Part shown: positions 36,436-48,955 of the stretch, in pieces
How the letters are laid out: each line of letters begins with the position of its first letter
Position numbering within the stretch: the first letter of the stretch is position 1
Assembly (NCBI RefSeq): GCF_963921235.1
Contig: NC_086108.1
Span: forward strand, 29,760,001-29,824,000
DNA: 64,000 nucleotides
DNA from: Mobula hypostoma
Lineage: Eukaryota
Direction of reading: 5' to 3'
Notes under the pieces: generated by a model
Told to the model about the DNA's origin: nothing
The model's input: the letters and a program-made list of their open reading frames with translations, nothing else
Database searches by the model: none
Program-made: the position numbers and the translations under genes

Positions 36436-39400
36436 CACCCCCCACTATTTGGCTCATTTAATCATCTTTCCTATTACTATTTGGCTGCACTACTTTATAA
36501 AGCAATTCTGTGATGATTCTGACTAGACACTGGCTTAACCTCTATTGACTTGTGCACTCTTATTGTGTACAGTATTTAATATTTCAGTAATATGAGTTAT
36601 ATTATAAATGTATTGTTTAAGCATTCTTTGTTGTTTACATACTTCATTATGGGTTATATATAAGAAATACGTGAATGGCAAACCTTATTACATCACCACA
36701 TCATACATGTGCGCCTCACTAAAGTAAAACAAAGTAAATATGTTTCCCCGTTCTCCCGTGTTTTTCTATCAATTAGTTTTTGGAGTTACAAAATGTAACA
36801 GTGGCAGTGAGTCAGTTTAAAAACTAACCCAAGACTACTACCTACCTAGTGTGGAGCAGCACAGCTTTATTCTGAAGAAGGGAGATACATTCCAGTTTTT
36901 TTTAAAGTGCAGCTTGTGTTTATTTGGAACAGGAGAGAGACAGTTAAAGAAATAAAGGCAGATAACAGACAAGGTTCACTGGTTCATAAACAGTGAGTAC
37001 TGGCTGAAAATAATAAACTTTTAAAAAAAGTGACTGGCTGCATCAGAAACATAAACACGTTCAATTACTCAACAGCTAAATGGGCAAAATATGCTGAAAG
37101 AATTGAGCAGTACTTTAAAGCAAATGAAATGGTCAATTAAAAGCAAGTTCCAGTGTTACTGAGTGCAATGGGTGGGAAAGTAAGCAGTTTACTTAAGAGT
37201 TTGATTGCTCCAACCAGACCAGCCAAAACGAGCTTTGCTGATATCATATCATGAACGTAATGCAGGAATGTTTAGAATCAAAGCCATTGCTGACCAGATT
37301 ACTTTAGGTTTCAAAAGTGGAAAGTGGAATTCATTTCAGCATATGTAGCAGAACTGAAATTGTATGAGCATTGTTAGTCCAATGATGGACTTAATTACTG
37401 AGATATCATTTAGTTTATGGAATCTTAGAATAAAACATTCAAAAATGGCTACTGACTAAAGCACAACTCATACTTAAAAGAGCAGTTAAAATTGCTTTGT
37501 CAATGGAAACAGCAGCTAGAGATGCAATTGAGTTGCAGTGCGGAATGAAAGTGAGCGTGAACCAAAATTGCAACCTCTTAACAGAAATCTACTTGGTTGA
37601 ACAAATTGTGTTACCATTGTGGCAGGGGCTCATGTACACCACAGCAATTCAGGTTTAAAGATGAAAATTGGCGAAAATACAACAAAGAGCATGTTGGGCC
37701 AAAAAAAAATGGACTATACAGGGGAGAGATAAAGATTGAAAAGTCCAGTTGCAGTTTAAAAAAGAAGACTAATCTGCATGCTGTTAGTGAAAAATCTGAT
37801 AACATGAGTGACATAGTACTGAGTAGCCTTGAGATTTACAATGTGAAAATGAACAAGAGAAAAGCAATATTGCTTACAGCAGGATTGAATGTCAAATTAA
37901 TTAAAATGGAATTGACCAGCTATTTCATTGAGCAGCATTTGAAAGATATGGAGAACTTAATACGGTAAAAAAGATAACTCTTGTGGGATAATGACATTTG
38001 TAACAGTGAAATAAAACAACCAACAAGCTATATTGGTAAAAACAGGAGTGCTACATGCCAGTGGGCTAAGACAACTACAGCTTGATTGGAGATCCATCCA
38101 CAATTTGCATGCCACATCCCCTGTAATAGAGTCAACTGAAAGTGAATTGAGGGTGATACTGGACGATACCACAGCAGCTTTCAAGAATGGCATTGGAAAA
38201 CCCAAACATATCAAGAGTGAAATAGTGTTAAATGAAAATGCTACACCCAAGTTTTACAAAGCCCATCTGGTTCCTTGTGCCACCTGTAATAAAGCAGCCA
38301 ATGAGCTAGATTACAAGGAGGTAGAAGGAATTATTTTTGAGGTTGAGTGGAACCCATGGGCAATAACAATGACAGTGGTCCTAGTAGCTAAGCACTAAGG
38401 CCTGTCAGGATCTGTGGTGATTTTAAGGTCACCATTAACCCAGTACTGAAATTAGATCAATATCTTCTGCCCAGGATAGAGAGTATTTTTGCAAACCTTT
38501 CTGGAGTGAAACACTTCAACGAAGTAGGCTCGGGTGAAGCTGACCTACAGATGGAGATGGAAGAAGAGTTCAAAGTGTTTTTCACCATAAACATTCACAA
38601 AGGGCTTTATTGCAATACAAAACTTGTTTTTGGAGTAACATCTACACCTGCACTCTGGCAGAAAGCTATGGACCAGGTTCTGCAAAGCTGCCCAAGCTCT
38701 CAGTGTTACGTGGATGACATAAATTGTTACCGGTAAGGTGACAAGGAACATCTCTAAAATCTCGAGTGTCAAAAAGGTTACAAGATTATGGTCTCACAGC
38801 ATGACACAACATATGTGAGTTCTTTAAACCAAGTACCACTTATTGTGTTCACACCATTGATGCACAAGATTTACACAATTGTGCTGATAAGATGTAAGCA
38901 TTGGTGAATACCCCAAGGCAGAAGTACGTGTCACATTTATGGTCCTTTTTAGGATTTGTCAATTACTGTAACAAGTTCCTGTTCAAACCTGGTTACTATG
39001 CTCCAACCCATGAACTTATTACAACAATTCAGGAAGAGATGGCATTGGGCAAAGCAGTGTGAGGTGGCTTTCCAAAAGACAAAGGAAATAGTGACAACAG
39101 ACACTGTACTCAAGCATTATAATGCACATTGTCCTGTGAAGCTTCACCTTATGGCACAGTTACAATCATATCACAGAGAGGCTTTGAGTCTGGTTTGTGG
39201 TGTAAAACATTTTAACCAGTATTTGTATTTGAGAGAGTTTACACTCATTACTGATCATCAACCACTAGTGTCCATTTTCAATCCACAGAAGGGTGTTCCA
39301 CTAACTGCAGAAGCACAAATGCAGAGATGGGCTCTGTTCTTTGGCTGACACAATAACAAGATCAAATTCAAGAGGGCAACTAATCAGGGAAATGCTAAAG

Positions 39401-42400
39401 ATTTGTCCTGTTTACCCTGGGAAAGGAAATACCTGAAAGATTTACAAAAGGGGACACTCCTCTTGACATATTCTTCCTAATGCAAATCGAAGGTCTCCAT
39501 ATAATAGCAGAGATGATCCAAAGGGAAACCAGATAAAACTCCACACTGTCTCATTTACATGGCAACCTAAAATGGTTGGAATATGCTGCAGAAATTCCAG
39601 TTCCAAGAAGAACTTGCCCTTGGGGGGGGGGGGGTGGTAGCCTTAGGTGGGGATTTAGAGTGTTAGACCATCCAAACTGAAAGCTAAAGTGTTGGAGCTA
39701 CAGGCCTGTCATCTAAGCATAGTCAAAATGAAAGTGTTGGTTTGAAGCTTTGTCTTGTAGCCTGGGATAGATCGAGCAACTTGCCAAGCACTGTTTAGAA
39801 TACCAACACATCAGAAGATGCCAAGAACAGCATCTTTCCATCCCTGGGAATGACCCGCATTGCCCTGGCAGAGGATTCATGTGGATTTTGCCAGACCATT
39901 CATGGGCACTAATTTCTTGTGAGTAGTGAATGCAACTACAAATTGGCCAGAATATTCCCAATAGCCTCCACTACAAGCTCGCACTCTGATGTGTTGAGAA
40001 GTCTCTTCTCAAGGACTGGTATTCCAGAACACTTAGTCATTGACAATGGACCACAGTTCGTTGCAGAGCAGATTCAGTCATTCCTGAATATGAATGCAAT
40101 ATGACATATTACATCTGCATCATACCACCCTGCTGCAAATAGCTCAGCAGAAAGGTTTCCCAGAGACTAAAGAGTGCACTGTGAGCTACGACAGCAGAAC
40201 ACGTTGCACTAACACTGAGTCAGAAGCTTGGCAATTCCCTTGCATATTGCAATGCAGTTTACTCCACAACAAACAACTACTCACCAACCATCCTGGGTTG
40301 GCCTTTGCACTCACGCTTGGATTTCCTCAAACTCAGTCTCCAGGAGGCGCATGTGGGACAAACAGCTGAGGCAATTTGAGGGCCCCTCAAACAAAGAGGT
40401 TCAATGTTTCACTCCAGGACAAGTAGTCCTGGCGAGGGACTGCAGAGGTGATCAAAAGCGGGTACTCAGGAAGATTAACTGGACCAATCTCCTACACGGT
40501 GCAGATTGTGCCTGCTGTCACCTGGAGATGACGCATCAAACACCTGAGGAAAGCTGAGTTGATTGTTGGAGAAGAAAGGCGTCCAGGGCTGTCGGAACCA
40601 CTTTCAGTGATCCCAGAGTCAACTCCTACATCCACCATGGAGGAGGCCCTAGAATCAAAGATTTTTTCACAGGCACAGGTCAACCTTGCCAAGCAGAGTG
40701 ACCCCTCCCCCTTGTCAGGAAAGGCAATATCCCATAAGATCAAGAAATCCTCTGCAGCAATTAAATCCTTAGGCCTGAATGGGACAATTAAAAATTTATT
40801 TTACTCTGGATGTCTATACAGTAGTTGTAATGTCGTATATTGTGTATGTGTGTTGTTGCAAGCATTCAGTCCATGATGACAGATGAGGAAAGTTTATCTC
40901 AGTTGCTGTTTTTATTGCGACAAATACAATAACAGAGCACAGTAGCTCAGTGAGAACGAACGCAGTCGTGTACAGACGGGGAGGTGATTTTACACACCCC
41001 GATTACAGTCAGGATGGCACGCAAGCGAGGAATTGTATAACACGAGCCAAAATAAATGAACTTAAACATCTCACCAAAATTCTACTGAACACCACACACA
41101 CCAAGAACACATTTTAAAAGCCAGAACAATAAATGGAACTGCTGCTAGGAATGCTGGAGCGAGCTGTCGACCGCGCCTCTGGAGCACCACACTGTCCCCA
41201 CCTGAGGGGTCATTTGTCCCTGGCAACTGAGTCCACAACAAAGTCCAAATGTCCCAGTGGTGGTTGACGCCACTGCTTGGGGCACGGGGGGTGGGGGGGT
41301 GTTTGCAGTTCCTTCATGCTCACTGCCCCCCGCCCCCAGGGGAGGCACTGTTTTGGTGATGAAAGAGGAAGGGCACACAGAGTGTCACCTGCTTCCCTCA
41401 GCTTTCTGGGTTGATGGTGCCAAGGGCTGATACAGTGCTAGCCAGTTTTGGTGCAGCATGATTTCTTTCTGCCATTCAGGTAGCCGCACCCGGTATACCA
41501 GATCGGAGATGTGGTCAAGCTCTGGGGATAGTCCCTCCTTCTGGGTGGGGCAGTAGGCATAGTCCCCCTCCCCAGTAAAGTCCTGTCCTGGCTGCGGGCA
41601 TCATAAGCCAGATTCTGGCGGCCACTAGCTGTGCTATGGTTCTGCCCAGCCTCCTCATAAACAGCCAGCAGGCACCTCCAGAGGTGCTGCAAAAGCTCCA
41701 ACCCGGCCTCCATGGGAACATCCGGCTCGTGAAGGGGGCCAAACATCAGATCCACCGGCGTACGTGGCTCCAGCCCAAGCACGTGTGCAGCCGGCGGACA
41801 CCTGGTGCTTCTCCTGAGCTGCTGTCCAGTATGCCCACTACACGTGGGGGTAGGAGGCGATCCCAATCCAGCTGGTGCAGGCTGATGAGGATGGCAAGCT
41901 GAGTAGCCAGGGGGTGGATCACCAGCCATCACTTTGCAGGTGAGGGGGGAGTGGGGGTGACCCACATTTTGGAGATTCCCAGGCACCTGTCGACCTCGCC
42001 AAACACCTCCATCTCAAAATTATGCCCTTAGTCGCCGTGGAGTTCCTCGGGGGTGCAGAAGTGGCAGAAGGACTCCTCTCGGTGGTGGTGGTGGTGCTCT
42101 TGTTCGGGACTGCGTACGCCTGTGGTCACTTTGTGAAGTAATCTACGGCCATTAGAACCTGGCGATTTCTGGCATCGATGTGGAAGAAAGGGCCCAAGAC
42201 GTCAATCTCTACATGCTCCCTTGGGGCCTCCACCATGTACTGCTGCATTGATGCCCCAGAGTGGCGGCCTGGCCCCCTCTGCAAAGTGCACGCCTCGCAG
42301 CAGTGCACAAACGGCTCCACGTCCTGCTTCCGCCCAAGCCAACAGAAGTGTTCGTGCAGCTTGCCCAATGTCTTTGCAACCCCGAAATGGCCAGCTCCCA

Positions 42401-45184
42401 CCAGCCCGCGCACCGACCGCAGCACCGTGGAGCGGAGCCCCCCGGGGGACCACCAGCTGCAGGAGATGTCTGTAACCATTGGAAAACTGTTGCCATCGGA
42501 AAACTGCCACCGCCGAAAGAGCAACCCACCGCGCACCTCCGGCACGCCCCATCAAGAGTATAGTGCTTTGACCTCTGGATCCAGTACGGAGACCTCCACC
42601 CCTGCCCCAGCTGCCGTTCCATGCTCAGCTATTCCCTCACCCGGGCCGGCATGGGATCACTTTCCTGATCCCTGAGCAGCTGCTGTGGTCAATGGTCGGG
42701 AGGTCTACCTCGCCGCCAGCTGTCACCTGAAGCGTCGCCACTGCTGCTTGCCCCTGGCTCCGCTCCTCGAGGTGGCGACCATCGGGACACTCAGTGGCTT
42801 CACAGGGACGGCGAGAGAGGGTATCAGCATTGCTGTGGTGCCTTCCGATGAGGAGCTGTACCTTGAAATTGCAGTCCTGGAGAGTCTGCTGCCACCGTGG
42901 GGCTGTCCCTCGGGACCATCGGAGCTCAATAGCCAGGTTGACAACACATGATCCCTGTGAAGCAGGAGCAGGCAACCAGAGGTCGGGGTGGAAGTGGCGG
43001 AGGGCCCTGACCGATGCCATGAGCTCCCGGTGGCTGACACAATAGTTCTGTTCGGGGCTGAAGTACGACATAATGCGTTCTTATCAGTCCCCCTCCTATG
43101 ACAGCACCGCACTGGCCCCCCCCCCCCCCCACTGTTGATGGTGTCTGTGCCAACAATGGAGGCCGTGCTGGTTCAGAGTGCACTAACACTGGGGTCTGGG
43201 TGGATGCAGCTCGGAGCTGGTCGAAGGTGGCAGCATAGCTGTCAGCCCGGGTGAAGGGCATTCCCTTCTCGGTGAGCTGGTGCAGGGAACTGGCGATGGG
43301 GGCAAAGTCCCTAATAAACTGGTGTTGGTACGTTGTCAGCCCCAGGAAGCTGCGAAGCTCAGAGACATTCCCTGACTGCCACCACCATCTCAGGATCCAT
43401 CACCACTCCTGCACTCACCATACGCCTCAGGAATTTCGTCTGACGATGCAGTAAGCAGCACCTTGCGCGACTGAGGCGCAGGTTCACGGAGCAGATGGTG
43501 GCGTTTACCAGGAGATCGTCCCAATAGATGACACAGTAACTCCGCAGAATGTGAGCCTGCACCCTCTCGATCAGTCTCCTGAACATGGCCAGGAGGTTAC
43601 ACATGGCCAAGTAGCATTACCTGGAAGTGACAAAGCCCTTGGCCATGTGTTAGCAACCGCTGTGGAGATTGAGAGAGCTGAGCCAGTTCAAACCCGCGAA
43701 CCTGAATCATCAATTCGGACCAGTGTGGTAGCCCTTCTGGGTCACGGCATTGAGATGGTAGTCTACGCCAAACCACCATGACCCATCTTTCTTCCATTGG
43801 GACTGTCCATGGGCTTTGGAGGGCTCGATGATACCAACTGCTGCCATCGCTTTGATCTGCTGCCTGATCTTTGGTGAGAGCCAGGTGATGGGTCTGTAGG
43901 TAGAAGGGCCGGGTGTCCCCAGCGTTGGACTAGCCCTGTGCGTCTGCAGTCCTCGTCCCTGTCTGTGAAGATGTCGAGATGTCTTTCAGCTGCCGCTGCT
44001 GGTCCTGATCCAAGCCCTCAATACTCTGCTGCCACAGCCCTTGCACTGCCTGTGTTCTCACTGGAGGGCACCACAGTAGTGCTGCCAATGGCGTCACGCT
44101 GCACTGATGCAGTTGCTGATGATGGGCAGGGTCAGATGTGCTAGGGTGGCTGGTGATGGTGCGTGTCACCCCATTGCAGGTTTCAGTGTGGTGCTTTGCA
44201 TTGCGTTGGGCTGCTACAGGGTGGGCTGCTGTGAGACTGGCAGCGTGTCCTGCTGTGCCCGCCTGGAGCTGCCCTGCCGGAGAGCCACGGCTTCAGCGCT
44301 GAGGTGGAGTGTTGCCCCTGGCACATCGACGCAGAAGTGCCAGATGCTGGCTAGCCACACCTGGTGCTCTGCTGTGTTTTCCCCACAGTGAGGCACAGCC
44401 TCCTCTTCCCTCTCGTTGCCGGACAGTCGCCGGTGACCGTAGCCAGCAGAACCGCCATCGTTGTCCACCCAGGCGGGGGTGGCTGGTCCGTGTTGGGGAG
44501 GACGTAGGGGTGGATGATGGTGCTGGTTGGCCCCATGTCCACCAACTTACGGCATCTGACACCTTCCACCTCAAAGTCTATGTATTAGCTTTGATCTTCA
44601 CCCAAGTAGGAAGCGACAACAGAGAGATTTTGCTGGAGGTCTTGGGCAGCACCAGCCATTTGGCATTTCCCCATGGCTGCGCTGTGGCATGGTTCTGGTG
44701 CAGGGCATTTCCGGGGCACATGGCCTGTCTTCACCACCTAGTAACAGCGTCGGCTTAGTGGCACACGGCGGGGCCAGCACAGCACTGGTTGGACTTGTCT
44801 CACTGGCTTTTCCTCATCCACACTGGCCCAGGCTCACGGCATGTGGGGTGGTGCCAGAACGCCTTGCAGGCTAAAATTGCTTCTGCCATCTCCGCGTCTG
44901 ACAGCACCTCGGCCAGCTATGATGGTGATGTCAGGAGAACGTGCTGCTGAAGGCGCTCCGGCCTCAGCGCCTTTACAAAGGCGTGGAGGGCAAGCTCTCC
45001 TTGGGAGAGAATGGGTGGTAGACCTGCTGTGAACACCCCACCAGGCTTTCTCCCACACAGTGCCATCTGCCTCCTGGTTCTTCCTCCAGTGGCCTCAACT
45101 TGTAATGCTGCTTCGAGGGTCCCGTAGTCACACTGCTCAGCCAGCACTGGTGGAAGAGGACATCCCCCTGCAGTGCTGTCTCAA

Positions 45185-45684
45185 TGAGACTCCACGCATT
45201 ATGCCATGCGGCAAGCTTGACTAGAGTATTTTGGCAAGAGTATTTTGTGTTTACGATTCGCTACTCCGCTGAGAAGTCTCTTCGAGATATGCCTACCCTG
45301 AAGAAGTTTAAATCTTCCCTTCGATGGGAGTTCAGTGAGACCCTCTCTCACTGCTCCCCCTCTGTGATCTCCGCCTCTCTCCGACTCTTTGACCGGATCC
45401 TCACCCAGACCCGCTACCCATTGTGTTTTCCCCTATTCTTTCTTCACCTTTCCTGCTTCCCCTCCCCCACCCCTTTATCTTTCCCCTTACTGGTTTTTCA
45501 CCTGGAACCTACCAGCCTTTTCCTTCTCTCTCTCCACCCCCCCCCCCACCATCTTTATAGGGCCTCTGCCCCTTCCCTCTACAGTCCTGACGAAGGGGTC
45601 TGGCCCGAAACGTCGACTCATCGTTTCCACGGATGCTGCCTGACCTGCTGAGTTCCTCCAGCGTGTTGTGAGTGCTGCTTTGAC
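45185..45684 (+). mobile_element. ~500-bp internally deleted mini-PLE inserted in the gag of element B
   Basis: The 5' part encodes MPTLKKFKSSLRWEFSETLSHCSPSVISASLRLFDRILTQTRY, the same N-terminus as the 25.9 kb PLE. It is joined at CTACC (45414-45418) to the PLE 3' tail. Flanks rejoin as Gypsy gag-like sequence (EQ|L..TALQGD). Confidence 0.9.
45583..45618 (+). ncRNA. Minimal type I hammerhead ribozyme motif with intact core
   Basis: agtc CTGACGA a ggg gtctgg ccc GAAA cg TC gact. All core nucleotides are present, with a GUC cleavage triplet and a palindromic ACGT stem III. Confidence 0.82.
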
Positions 45685-48600
45685 TTGCTCCAGGTCAGGC
45701 TCCGGACGGCTGGTACCGTTGTATCTGGGTAGCATCAGGGTGGATCTTGTGGTGTGAATTGCTGGAGTCCATCGATCCTTCTCTTTCTCTGGTGTTGGTG
45801 CCTGCTGCACTGCCCATTCTCCCATGGCTGTGGTATCTTGGGTTCCCCAGTGTGGGCCGCGAGGGGTGCTGCTGACACATACCACTGTGCACCCCGGGTT
45901 GTGGATCCCGGGTGCACTTGCTCATCGGGGTTCCCTGGGAAGGACCGATGCTCGGTTCCCAGATTCACCCTCCAGGTCAGCAACCTTTGAGAGACTTTGA
46001 GAGCCTGGTGCAGGGCAGGCATCCTGCTCATCCCTCAGCTTATTCCCTCAGCTCTTCAACTTCACCATTCATTTCTCATCCCACTCCCAATACTAATGTT
46101 GCGAGCGTTCAGTCCATGATGGCGGATGAGAAAGGCTCGTTTATCTCAGCTGCCATTTTTATTGTGACAAACACAATAACAGACAGGGTACAATTGCTCA
46201 GTGAGAACTGACTCAGCCACAATTCAGATGGGGGAGGTGATTATTACACACCCTGCTTACATTCAGGGTGGCACACCAACACACAAGCGAGTAACTGTAT
46301 AACCCGAGCTAAAATAAATGAACTTGGAACATCTCACCGTAATTCTACCAAACGCACACACCACAAACACATCTCAAAAGCAAGAGCAATAAGTAGCATT
46401 GGCTGCTAGGAATGCTGGGGAGAGCTGCTGACCACACCTCCAGCACCACAATATGTTGAGATGTATTCTATTTTGTTTGAAGTTTATAGCTAAGCAGTGT
46501 TGTGTATTTAGCATTTCAGTAATATCTGAGTAATGTAAATATATTGTTTGAAGCATTCATTGTTTATAGAATTCATTATGGGTTATATGTAAAAGTACGT
46601 GAATGGTACACTCTGTGCCCATACGTGCACGCCTCACAAAAGTAAACTGAAGTAGGCATGTTAAACCCAGACTCCCATGTTTTTCTTTTGATTAGTTTCT
46701 GAATCAGAGTTACATAGCATAGCACCTCTACAATATTGTCAGTGTAAGTATTAATTAAATGAATGTAAGGGATTGCCTTGAACCCTCCTTTGCCTGCCTC
46801 CCACTTCTGGAAAAGAAAAATCCCTACTTTGGAGTCATTTTTGGTTTAGTTTCTACTAGTACAGTTTAATTCAATGCAATTTTAATGTTGTGATGTGACT
46901 GTCAAGGCTGTGATATACAAACAAGTATATCTTTGCATTATGAATCATAAATGGAGACCCAAAATCACATTTCATATACTGAACTTTCCAGCAAAATTGA
47001 AAATTTAGACCACAAAATTGACTCTGGCACTTAGGAATGTTTTCTTATTAGATTTTGCACTTCCCTTGAATTTGTAACAGAATTCTGAGATTTCAGCTTG
47101 TGTAATTTGGACACCTTTATTTTTATTTTGAAGCTCATTGAAGATTTACTTGGCTTGAGGATTACTTGGATGTCTTGAGTCGACTTGTAGCAACAAAGAA
47201 GTACTTGTATCAAATCAGAGGCTGTTCAAAATATGAAGTAGCTTTTTGGCACTGCAACGCTGTTTTTTTCCCTTCAGAGCAGGAGTCACAGAGTCTGTGT
47301 GGGAGCACGATGCAGATTAATCCAGCTCAGCAGTTCACTTCCATCAATTGTTTCCGAACATCTCCTAGTTAAGATCGGAAAAGGAATTTCATCCTTTCTG
47401 GAACTTCACTGTGTCATAATCCTGTGACAGCCATTGTGGAGCAGACTGCATGCTTTGGTCACTTAGTGATTCCAGGGAGAATCTGGTTTAAACAAGAAGA
47501 CTGAGCTATCTAATGGATCCTAGCTATATCTGTAAAATGACTTGCACAAAATCAACTGTACTTGCCTCTCACAATGGTTTATGAAGCAAATGAAAATTAT
47601 GTTCCAAAGCTATGGCATATTTTCCTATATTGGTGAGTATGTATTAGTGGATATGTACAGAGTTTTTTTTTAAATTCTGCAGCCAGATGTTTATTATAAT
47701 TATGCATTTTGAAAGTTGTTTGCATTTTTCATAATCAATGCCACCATTTTGCATTTTATTTGTAGTGTTCTCTTTTAATTGGGCACACGCTTTTTTCAGA
47801 AGTGTATTATAATTGGAATAAGATATATGCCAAGTTGAGTGTCAGTAAAAATGTATCATGAATCCTCCATATTTAGCTGATGTGACTCTGAAGCAAAGTG
47901 AAGTTGAAAGTGTTGTCTGGATCCAACCAGGTTGGTGGTTCTGACCTACTGGTCGATTACGTGCCAGTGGCCAGACTAAATTGTTATTAATGGTATTTAA
48001 ATGAAAATGAAATATTGAGTAATGGAGTGCAAGCTTTTATTTAATTCATTTTCATCTAACATTTCATGGGATGTAAATAACTTACATTGATGTGATCAAT
48101 GACTTGGAACAAGTTGTAATTGGTATTAAGTGTTTGGCGAAAGCTTCTGAGATAAGGTGAGAGTGTAGATCATTAGCAGACTGACTGTGTTACATATTTT
48201 GCACTGATACACATCTGGAGCTTGCATTTCTTTGTCTTCCCTCACACTGACTTGAGCAATGCAAAACAGGGGTTGCTTTAGAATCCCACACTCAACATCA
48301 CTCCTTATTGAAAATGTACAAAAGAGACATCCGATGTCTGTTTTGTCAACAGGAAATGGCTGTCACCATCGGGGGGAAAAAATTAACAAAATCGGAATTG
48401 TGAGTGTTGCTGCCATTTGGCCTATTCCTTAAATGGATCCTTACCTCTAACTTTAGAACAAGTAGCGAGACCTCTTGACTACTATTTTTCTTCGTGTGTT
48501 CTGCTTGAATATATAAATATGCAGGCACACGGTATCAGGAAACCTGTGTAGAGGTTTGTGTACTGGTACTGTATTTAAAACTATTCCTTGCTCCTCATGC

Positions 48601-48704
48601 AGATGATGGGCCTGTTCGTTCAAATGATGCTGCAGCAATTGTATGGCCTGGATAGCAAGTTGATAACAAAACCACATCAAGTAAAACTGGTTAGATGGAT
48701 GTCC

Positions 48705-48955
48705 ATTTAGATCAGAGATGAGGAGGAATTTCTTTAGCCAGAGAATGGCAAATCTCTGGAATTGTTGCCACTGGTGGCTGTGTAGACCATGTCATTGGGT
48801 ATGTTGAGGTTGATAGTCAGGGATGAAGAGTTACAGGGAGAAAGCAGGAGACTGTGGCTGAAAGGGAAATGGATCAGCCATGAGGACGTGGCGGAGTAGA
48901 CTCGATGGGCCAAATGGCCTAATTTTCTGCTCCTGTATCTTATGGTATTATGGTA
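48705..48955 (+). mobile_element. CR1 3'-end fragment
   Basis: 'gagatgaggaggaatttctttagccagag...tctctggaatt' and the tail 'gggccaaatggcctaattttctgctcctgtatcttatgg'. Confidence 0.8.

Larger units (their letters stand above)
40854..46450 (-). mobile_element. Gypsy LTR retrotransposon B (degenerate, GC-rich), nested in A
   Basis: LTRs at 40854-41191 and 46097-46450 (TGTTGC...CACCACA on plus). tRNA-Leu-like PBS at 46078-46096 (ttagtattgggagtgggat versus ttggtgtcaggagtgggat). Polypurine-tract-like 'aggtggggacag' at ~41192-41203. Minus-strand ORFs: protease 'LVDMGPTSTII', RT 'CVIYWDDLLV', RNase H 'EQNYCVSHREL', integrase 'HFGVAKT...CEAC...IDVLGP'. Confidence 0.92.
36561..46724 (+). mobile_element. 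Gypsy LTR retrotransposon A (degenerate gag-pol), carrying nested element B in its 3' untranslated region
   Basis: 5' LTR 36561-36800 and 3' LTR 46498-46724 are homologous but diverged. A decayed tRNA-Ser(GCT)-like primer binding site (PBS) 'tggcagtgag' follows the 5' LTR. Gag 'YAERIEQYFKAN', knuckle 'CYHCGRG', RT 'FGVTSTPALWQKAMDQVL...YVDDI', RNase H 'FTLITDHQPL', integrase 'WQRIHVDF' and 'DNGPQF'. Flanks actct/cctct. Confidence 0.9.

Noticed and set aside
45175-45190. 6-bp inverted match (gtctca/tgagac) across the mini-PLE left junction
   Set aside because: Could reflect fold-back priming but is too short to distinguish from chance.
45184-45651. 155-aa ORF as a novel protein
   Set aside because: A chimera of the PLE N-terminus and pyrimidine-rich 3' tail created by the internal deletion. 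Low complexity, with no sign of selection.
47255-47430. Strong-looking plus-strand acceptor (tttttttcccttcag|AGC) with a ~49-codon open frame
   Set aside because: No convincing donor and no homology I can recognise.
48445-48503. Minus-strand candidate exon (QAEHTKKNSSQEVSLLVLKLE) with GAG|GTAAGG donor
   Set aside because: Weak polypyrimidine tract, no recognisable protein match, and no partner exons.
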